Below are positions 10,422 through 16,827 of a stretch of 43,512 nucleotides of DNA, piece after piece. The notes beneath the pieces were generated by a model. It searched no databases, was not told the DNA's origin, and saw only the letters and a program-made list of their open reading frames with translations. Each line of letters opens with the position of its first letter. Within the stretch, counting starts at the first letter, position 1. The position numbers and the translations under genes are program-made. The stretch is from Actinomycetota bacterium (GTDB lineage Bacteria > Actinomycetota > Actinomycetes > Mycobacteriales > Jatrophihabitantaceae): positions 1 to 43,512 of the forward strand of contig JBKOXO010000034.1 in the NCBI GenBank assembly GCA_046744105.1. The letters are read 5' to 3'.

Positions 10422-10469
10422 GCCAGAGCCCTCTAGTCCTTATCTTCCGGGGCCTAGAGGGCTCTCGGC
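10422..10469 (+). terminator. Stem-loop downstream of glnA (AGAGCCCTCTAG 10425-10436 / CTAGAGGGCTCT 10454-10465, 17-nt loop), no U-tract
   Basis: Perfect 12-bp inverted repeat read directly, about 35 nt after the glnA stop. Confidence 0.45.
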
Positions 10470-10579
10470 GTCTCTAACGGTTCTGGCTGATTCTCGGGCT
10501 CATGTGCGCGGAATGTGCGCGTACGGAGATCAACATCGACCAGTCAGACCGCGCACCCGTCCGGCACAGGGGCGGTGTT

Positions 10580-10617
10580 GGTCTCCCTTTCCCTGTCAGG
10601 GGAGGCGGAGGGAGACC
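10580..10617. repeat. Nested inverted repeat (GGTCTCCCT ... AGGGAGACC with inner CCCTG-T-CAGGG)
   Basis: Read directly. It lies in non-coding DNA between glnA and the orphan-gene region. Confidence 0.5.
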
Positions 10618-11085
10618 GGCGAATCCGGTTGGGGTAGCGGAGCGGGCTGCCGTGGCGCGCCTTCCTCGGTCCGAACCTGAGCAGGTTGGTGTTGACCGGT
10701 CACGAAGATCGCGACGATGGCTGGCAAGCCGGCGGTGGAGCGCCGTCTCACCCAACCTGCCGGAAGGTCGTTCACGCCCTCATATACTGCCCACGTGGGA
10801 CATTGGGCGGAGAGCATCGTCGAGGAGGCCGCTCAGCAGATCGGCGGCAACCCTGACCGCCGCGTGCTGATGGACCTGGCAGTCCAGGCCGGCCGCGAGA
10901 TTGACGTTCTGTCTGGCCGTAGCTTCCGACCGCTGCGCCGGGCACCTCGGTCATCGCGTCCAACGGCTTGCCCTTCGTAGACGTCCCGGACATGCAGGTC
11001 GGCTCGATGGAACCGGGAACGGAACTATGGGCGGTCCCCGACCCGGTCAACCGTCAGATCGCGGCGGTCGTGCAGGTCGAGTCCT

Positions 11086-12054
11086 TTGCTGGCCTTGTCC
11101 CGAAGGTCGAGAATGGAACTCATGCACCGGGTCGTGGATCCTGCCGTTCGATTCAACGTCCGGGTCATCGGAGTCGCGGTTGGCGGGTGGTGGATCCAAA
11201 TCGCCCGCCGTCTTATCTGGGTCACCAACGACACCGAGGACGAAGGGCGGCTTGTCGAACTTCTGTTGGACAAGACGGAGACCGGCGGCAAGCCCTCACC
11301 GCTCGCGGCCGTCGAGCCCATCCTGATCGCGGCTCCGATGACACGGCAGCGCGCAGACTGGGCATTTATCGGGCGCATCTGGACCGACGAGGTTCGGCGC
11401 CCAATCGGTCGGCCGTGGAGCAAGATCGCGAAGGCTATCCACGGCCACGGCATACCGACCATCACCATCGACCCCGTCTCAACTCGATACGAGATCGCGT
11501 GCCAGGTGCTCTTGAAGGGTTACTGGCACGGCTACATCGGAGGCGACGAGCCAGCACTGGCGAATGCCATCGCCTTCGCATACCCGCGGCAGGTCGAGCG
11601 CATTCAACGTGTCACCCGTGCTCCGAGCAGGGCGTCTGCCGCCGCAATGCTGCTCGAACAACTGGTCCATCCCGGATTCGACCCAGCCCAAGGCGCGGAG
11701 GCAACCCGTCGATACGTGCGCCGTAAGGCGAGCATTGTGGTAATGGAGCACAGGAAGAGCGAGGCGCCAGACCGTTACCCCTGGACGCAGATCGGGATCA
11801 GCGAACGCCGCTACTACAAGCTGCTGCCGCGTTTTGCACACAAGGTCGACGGCCGCTACGTCGCCGACTACGACGACATAGTGGTGCGCATGAAGGCCTA
11901 CCTGGAAGACGCAGACAGGCAGCGGGACGTCCGAGCCAATGCCCTTGACGTCCTCCGGTCACACGGCTTCCGCGAGGACGCCGCGCGCAAATGGCTACAG
12001 CGGCACCGACCTGAGCAAGCCCTGAACGCGTGGCCGCGTGGTTCGCGGCCGTAG
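11086..12054 (+). CDS. Hypothetical protein, probably horizontally acquired (orphan; C-terminal HTH-like segment)
   Basis: 322-aa ORF with balanced amino-acid composition and visibly lower GC3 than the core genes. Segment YPWTQIGISERRYYKLLPRF resembles a helix-turn-helix. I recognise no family. The true start is uncertain. Confidence 0.45.
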   Translation: MLALSRRSRMELMHRVVDPAVRFNVRVIGVAVGGWWIQIARRLIWVTNDTEDEGRLVELLLDKTETGGKPSPLAAVEPILIAAPMTRQRADWAFIGRIWTDEVRRPIGRPWSKIAKAIHGHGIPTITIDPVSTRYEIACQVLLKGYWHGYIGGDEPALANAIAFAYPRQVERIQRVTRAPSRASAAAMLLEQLVHPGFDPAQGAEATRRYVRRKASIVVMEHRKSEAPDRYPWTQIGISERRYYKLLPRFAHKVDGRYVADYDDIVVRMKAYLEDADRQRDVRANALDVLRSHGFREDAARKWLQRHRPEQALNAWPRGSRP

Positions 12055-12967
12055 TACCAGCTATGCCAAGGAGCTAGAGCCGCTTGGTCACGCCGCTTCG
12101 TCGGCGTCGCCTTGGCGGCCGTGGCCGGCGCCGTGCTCGCCGCCTCGGTGCCGCCGGCACCGCCGACGTTCAGCTTGCGCACCGACCGGCCCGGCGTTGG
12201 CACTGCCAGGTTGAACCGGCCGGACACGCGCAACGCGGTCGCGTCGTTGCGGTACGCCGGGGCGTACTCGCGCGACGTGTCTACCTGCCAGTCTCTCGAC
12301 GTCAACAAATACATCTGGCTCGGGTCGTACACGAACGGCTGCGGCAAAGCGGGGATCAGCACCGGGGTGACGCTGAGCGCTTCGAGCAGCGACGTCCACA
12401 GCACGTTCCCGAATTCGTCGGGAGTAACGGACTCGATGGCCGCCGTCATCGGGGACAGCGCGATGTAACTGGGGCTGCCGCCAGCCTCTCCAATCTCGCC
12501 GACCGCGATTGCGGCGATCAGGGTCGGACCGCTCACCTCGTCAGCGATGTTGAGAACGCCGGTCGGCATGGCGTCGGAGCCGTCATCGGAGATCAACGCA
12601 TCGTCCAGGTCGCGGCTGAACGCGCCCTGCACCACGCGGCTCACCTCGGCCAGCGCCCGAAACTCGCCGTCCTCGATCTGTTCGTTGGTCAGCACCGTGA
12701 TGCCGGCCAATTTGCACGTGGCGACCACATAGGTGTCAAGATCAAGCTCGACGTCGGAAATGGCTTCGCCTTCGGCGATCCAGCTCTGCCCAGTCACCGC
12801 GCGGATCAGAGGGTAGGCCTTGGCCGCGCCCCTCGCGGTGGAGTCGCGGGTCAGCGTGTTCGCGAACGGGGAACCGGCGACGATCATGGTCGCGACTCGT
12901 GGGCCTGGTCAGTGGGGAAAGCGCCCGGCCCCCAATCCTGCCGGGTGACGATGGTGGGAGCTGTCAT
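11898..12967 (-). pseudogene. Orphan HK97-fold phage major capsid protein gene, frame-disrupted near its 5' end and reading through its expected 3' end
   Basis: Phage_capsid-like blocks: SWIAEGEAISDVELDLDTYVVATCKLAGITVLTNEQIEDG and VTPVLIPALPQPFVYDPSQMYLLTSRDWQVDTSREYAPAYRNDATALRVSGRFNLAV. A 27-codon ORF with its own GAGGA RBS (12884-12967) abuts via ATGA in another frame. The last ~150 nt overlap the convergent ORF and translate to Arg/Cys-rich junk. Confidence 0.55.
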
Positions 12968-13038
12968 GGTTCGGTCCTCTACAGCGGGTCTGTACGCCAC
13001 ACTGCGGGGCGACGCGCGCATGGCGGCATCACGACTAG

Positions 13039-13741
13039 GAACCGGCGCGGACGTGCACCGTACGGCGGACGTGCGGACCTTGCGGCGTCCTCTACTGCGC
13101 CGGTGGCACCCAGGACTTCGGCAACGTCTCGAGGGCCACGTACGCCTACGACCCCGCCGCCGACACCTGGACCCGCCGCGCGGACGTCCCGATGGCGCTG
13201 TGGGAGATGGCCTACGGCGTCGCGAACGGCAAGCTGCTGATCTCCGGCGGCGTCAACAACGGACTGAGCACCAACAAGGGGTTCGCGTACGATGCGGTCG
13301 CCGATTCGTGGACACCGCTGCCGGACTCCAGCAACTCGCTGAGCCGGGGGGCGACGGCCTGCGGCTTCTACAAGATCGGCGGCGCCCAGTCAGTCATTCA
13401 GCAGCTATACCTCCTTGGTGGAGATGCTGCCGGGGTACGGCGACTGCGGCAGCGACCGCGACTCGCCGTGGCTGTCACTGAAGACGACGAGTCTCACCAT
13501 TCAGCCATCGCACAGCGCCTCGATCTGGGTAGGCGCCGATGCGAGCGCGGTGAGCCAACCCGGTAAGTACAGCTCAGTTGTGCTCGTGCCCAGCGACACC
13601 CCGTACGGCGTCAAGACCGTGAGCATCCGCATGCAAGTCGACCCACCACCGTACTGGGGCAAGGTCATGGGCACCGTGACCGGCACGTCGTGCGACGAGC
13701 GCGAGAGCCCCCTTCTGTTGACCGCCGGCGGCGACGGATAG
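13039..13741 (+). pseudogene. Kelch-repeat protein gene fragment (5'-truncated, one frameshift near 13400-13420, 3'-truncated)
   Basis: Frame 1: LYCAGGTQDFGNVSRATYAYDPAADTWTRRADVPMALWEMAYGVANGKLLISGGVNNG...FAYDAVADSWTPLPD...CGFYKIGG (Kelch blades). It continues in frame 2: VEMLPGYGDCGSDRDSPWLSL...QPGKYSSVVLVPSDTPYGVKTVSIRMQVDPPPYWGKVMGTVTGTSC. An in-frame stop lies at 13036-13038 and there is no start or signal peptide. Confidence 0.6.
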
Positions 13742-13998
13742 GTGCCGAAGGTGGCAACCGTGCCGGTCCGGCCCGGGCGGGCCACCGTACAGGACATGAC
13801 GGTGGCACGGCTCGACTGCTGACCGTTCAGCGCTTTCGACTCAGTTCTTGGGGCACGCCCGTCACCTGTGGGACGGCGATCTTGTCAAGATCGGGTGCCC
13901 TCACGCCGGAACGAGCCGAGCTGATCGCCTCCGGACGCTCGGCGACGGCAGTGCCGCGCGGGTGGAAGACTAGGCACAACGCATGTGAGGGGAAGTCG

Positions 13999-14910
13999 GT
14001 GCAGGATCCAACGGCTCTGTTCACGACGGGTGCCCGGCCCGAGTTGGTGCGGCCGACGCTGGTGCAGGCGCTCGACGGTTTCGTCGATGCTGGCAACGGT
14101 CGCCGGCTGGCGCGAGAACACCTGCTCAACGCCCTTGACTCTGAACCGCTGGTGGCATTCGACGTGGACCAGTTGATCGACTACCGATCACAGCGGCCCG
14201 AGATGACGTTCACACGAGATCACTGGGATGGCTACGCCGCCCCGGAGTTGGCCGTGAGTGTGCTCCGCGATCTCGACGACATGCCCTTCTTGTTGCTGCA
14301 CGGACCCGAGCCGGATGTCCAGTGGGAGCGGTTCATCGCTGCGGTTGGGATCCTCATCGCTGAATTCGATGTGCGGATCGTGATCGGACTCAACGCGATC
14401 CCGATGGCAGTGCCGCACACCCGGCCACCGACGGTGATCGCGCATGGAAGCCCGCCAGACCTTGTCTCCGCGTATCCGACGTGGCTGCCGACGATCCAGG
14501 TCCCGGCCAGTGTTGGCAACCTGCTTGAGTACCGGCTCGGTGAGGCCGGGACACCGGCCTGCGGCTTCGCGGTGGCGGTGCCCTATTACCTGGCCCAGTT
14601 CGAATATCCCGACGCCGCGCACACGCTGCTCAGCTGTGTGGCGCGCGCCGGTGAGTTGTCGCTGCCGACCGAGGCGCTCGTACACGCTAGCCAGGTGATG
14701 CGCGGTGACGTCGACAAACAGGTGGCGGGATCCGAGGAGGTCGCGAACCTCGTTCGCGGGCTCGAACGGCAATACGACAACATGACGGCAGGACGAGGCG
14801 GGGGTCTGCTGTCCGACGGGGCTCGGCTACCCACGGCCGACGAACTCGGGGCCGAGCTCGAGCAGTATCTCTCCGGCCGGACCGACACGGACGAGGACCC
14901 TTCGCAGTAG
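13999..14910 (+). CDS. PAC2 (proteasome assembly chaperone 2-like) family protein
   Basis: LVQALDGFVDAGNGRRLAREHL, PFLLLHGPEPDVQWERF, IGLNAIPMAVPHTRP, acidic C-terminal tail. Start set at GTG 13999 preceded by GGGGAAG. The upstream part of the ORF-track ORF (13690-) looks non-coding. Confidence 0.8.
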   Translation: MQDPTALFTTGARPELVRPTLVQALDGFVDAGNGRRLAREHLLNALDSEPLVAFDVDQLIDYRSQRPEMTFTRDHWDGYAAPELAVSVLRDLDDMPFLLLHGPEPDVQWERFIAAVGILIAEFDVRIVIGLNAIPMAVPHTRPPTVIAHGSPPDLVSAYPTWLPTIQVPASVGNLLEYRLGEAGTPACGFAVAVPYYLAQFEYPDAAHTLLSCVARAGELSLPTEALVHASQVMRGDVDKQVAGSEEVANLVRGLERQYDNMTAGRGGGLLSDGARLPTADELGAELEQYLSGRTDTDEDPSQ

Positions 14911-14973
14911 CCGTGTTCGGGCGGCTCGGATCGGGCCGGTCCACCGGGTCCAGCGAGTCGACCGGGCTCCCGG

Positions 14974-15261
14974 CTAGGAGAACACGTGGCTCAGCCGCTG
15001 CGCGTAGAACCGCTCCCACGAGTGTTCCGGAGGCGGGCTGATCGACGAGTACTCCTGGTCGAGCACGACGAGCTGATGGGTCAACTCGCTGCGCACTGGT
15101 CTCCGGCCGAGCAGATCAGGCAACTCGGAAAGCCGGGTCAGCCAATCTGAGTACCAGCTGGCCCAGTCGTCGTCCGTGCCGTCCGTGATTCGGTACACCC
15201 GGTGATGCGTCTCGGCGGCCTCGTGTAACAGGCTGCCGATCCTGTCGATGTGGTCGTTCAT
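14974..15261 (-). CDS. Small hypothetical protein (95 aa)
   Basis: ORF with a plausible composition (DDDWASWYSDWLTRLSEL). No family recognised. Confidence 0.45.
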   Translation of the reverse strand: MNDHIDRIGSLLHEAAETHHRVYRITDGTDDDWASWYSDWLTRLSELPDLLGRRPVRSELTHQLVVLDQEYSSISPPPEHSWERFYAQRLSHVFS

Positions 15262-15369
15262 ACGGCGCTCCCTCGGCGCGTGGGTGCGAGCTGCGCGCTC
15301 ACGTCGGGAACGCTAACCGGCTGCCGTCCCGGGCGACCAGGTAGATGTGGTCTCCCGCTCCCGTACGGG

Positions 15370-16770
15370 TCAGTAGAGGTCGATGGCGTCGAGTTCGGTA
15401 AAGAACGTCTTCTTGGTGAAGGTGATCGAGTTCCAGCCGCTGACGAGTTGTACCGGGTAGTCGACCTGTTGCCAGTTGCCCCACGAGGTGTGCGGGAATG
15501 TCACCGTTCCGGTGTCCTTGCCATTGACCGTCACGGCGTCGGTGGCCTGCACGCGGTATCCGCTCGGGTCGAGGGAGCCGTTGTCAAAACGGATGCGCAC
15601 AGTGGCCGGCCCGGTCGTGTCGGCATGAACGTTCACGGTGACGGAGCTGTCTGGGTGGTCGATGAAGCCGACCTTCCGCCCCCCGGACGCGGCATCGTCA
15701 TCGACGACGCGCGCGTCGACGATGGTGCCGGCCTCGGCTTCGTATCGACTCGCGCTGCCCTGGACATGCGGTGTGCCGTCCGCGGAGAAATCGAGTTCCC
15801 GCACGTACATGGCGCGGTACGTGTAGGTGGGATCCCAGCCGTGGAAGGCGATCACGGTCGAGCCGTGCGGCGCGGTCGTCAATGTCTCGCCACCGGGGCC
15901 GATGATCGGGTCCCGGAACCGATCGGTGCTCATCAGTTCGCCGTGCTTTGTGTAGGGCCCGGCAAGGTTTGTGGCAGTGGCATAGCCGGTGCGATAGGCG
16001 CCGCCCGCGAAGTTGTTCGCAGAGTAGAAGAGGTAGTACGTGCCGTCGCGCTTGATCAGCGTCGGCGCTTCTACGACTGCGCCTTCCCATGCCTGGTCGT
16101 TCTGGATGAGCGGAGTCGGGTCAGCCGTAACCGTCAGCCCGTCCGCGGACAGCGGTTGGATGTTGATCACGGCGGGCAATCCGCAGCAGTTGCCGTCGGC
16201 CTTCCACAGCAGATACAGCCGGCCGTTCTCGGCATACGTCGACGCGTCGATGGCGCCGCCGCTGCTGACCGGGCACAGCAGTGGCTGCGACCCGACCGGC
16301 TCGAACGGCCCGTCCGGTGAGTTCGACGTGGACGCGCCGACGCATTGGCGCTGCGAGGCCCGGTCGCGCGCCGTGTAATAGAGCACGTAGTGGCCGTTGA
16401 CGGCGGTAACTGTGGGCGCCCAGGTGCAGTGATCGCCGATGCCGCCAGGTGCGAAGGTGCAGTTGTCGTCCACCCAGGCGCCCAGCGTCGGCGCCGCGTC
16501 GGGCATGTGCGTCCAGTGGATCAGGTCGTGCGAGACGGCGTGCTGGACGTTCTGGCCGCCAGAGTTGGTCGCGAATGCGTGGTAGACGTTGCCGATCTTG
16601 ATGATGTCCGGGTCGGGGAAGTTCGAGTTGATGACCGGGGCCTTGGTGACCCATTGCTGGCCTGGATCGGCATGTGCCGTCGCGCGCAGTGTCAGTGGCA
16701 CGCATATCGCGCCGAGCACGGTCGCGACCGCCGCGAGCTTGCCGGGCAGTGGCAGTGATAGCGGATTCAT
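15370..16770 (-). CDS. Secreted GH43 family glycoside hydrolase (arabinofuranosidase/arabinanase-like) with C-terminal CBM6/CBM35-like module
   Basis: Signal peptide ending AHADP. GH43 motifs NFPDPDIIKIGNVYHAFATN, WAPTVTAVNGHYVLYYTA, EAPTLIKRDGTYYLFYSAN. C-terminal RYEAEAG...SGGRKVGFI...TELDAIDLY is typical of CBM6/35. Confidence 0.85.
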   Translation of the reverse strand: MNPLSLPLPGKLAAVATVLGAICVPLTLRATAHADPGQQWVTKAPVINSNFPDPDIIKIGNVYHAFATNSGGQNVQHAVSHDLIHWTHMPDAAPTLGAWVDDNCTFAPGGIGDHCTWAPTVTAVNGHYVLYYTARDRASQRQCVGASTSNSPDGPFEPVGSQPLLCPVSSGGAIDASTYAENGRLYLLWKADGNCCGLPAVINIQPLSADGLTVTADPTPLIQNDQAWEGAVVEAPTLIKRDGTYYLFYSANNFAGGAYRTGYATATNLAGPYTKHGELMSTDRFRDPIIGPGGETLTTAPHGSTVIAFHGWDPTYTYRAMYVRELDFSADGTPHVQGSASRYEAEAGTIVDARVVDDDAASGGRKVGFIDHPDSSVTVNVHADTTGPATVRIRFDNGSLDPSGYRVQATDAVTVNGKDTGTVTFPHTSWGNWQQVDYPVQLVSGWNSITFTKKTFFTELDAIDLY

Positions 16771-16827
16771 GCGGGCACCTTTCGCGAAAGAAGGCAGGGA
16801 GCAGGAGACGCTGTCGGTAGGCAGCAG

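Noticed and set aside
10600-10660. Possible tRNA fragment or att site (GAATCCGG, GGGGTAGCGGAGCGG resemble T-arm/D-arm pieces).
   Set aside because: No acceptor stem, anticodon arm or 7-nt T-loop can be assembled, and no cloverleaf is possible by eye.
13690-13998. N-terminal extensions given by the ORF track: PAC2 from 13690, kinase to 3798, peptidase from 3686, LacI-1 from 26585, SBP to 33837, araD from 33789, MGH1-like to 19986.
   Set aside because: The extensions translate to low-complexity Arg/Gly-rich sequence, whereas internal starts coincide with family-typical N-termini and Shine-Dalgarno sequences.
15262-15369. Half-site GTGAGCGC (reverse strand, about 15288-15300) resembling one arm of the lac-type operator.
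   Set aside because: Only one arm matches, the partner arm is absent, and the location is between two co-directional genes.
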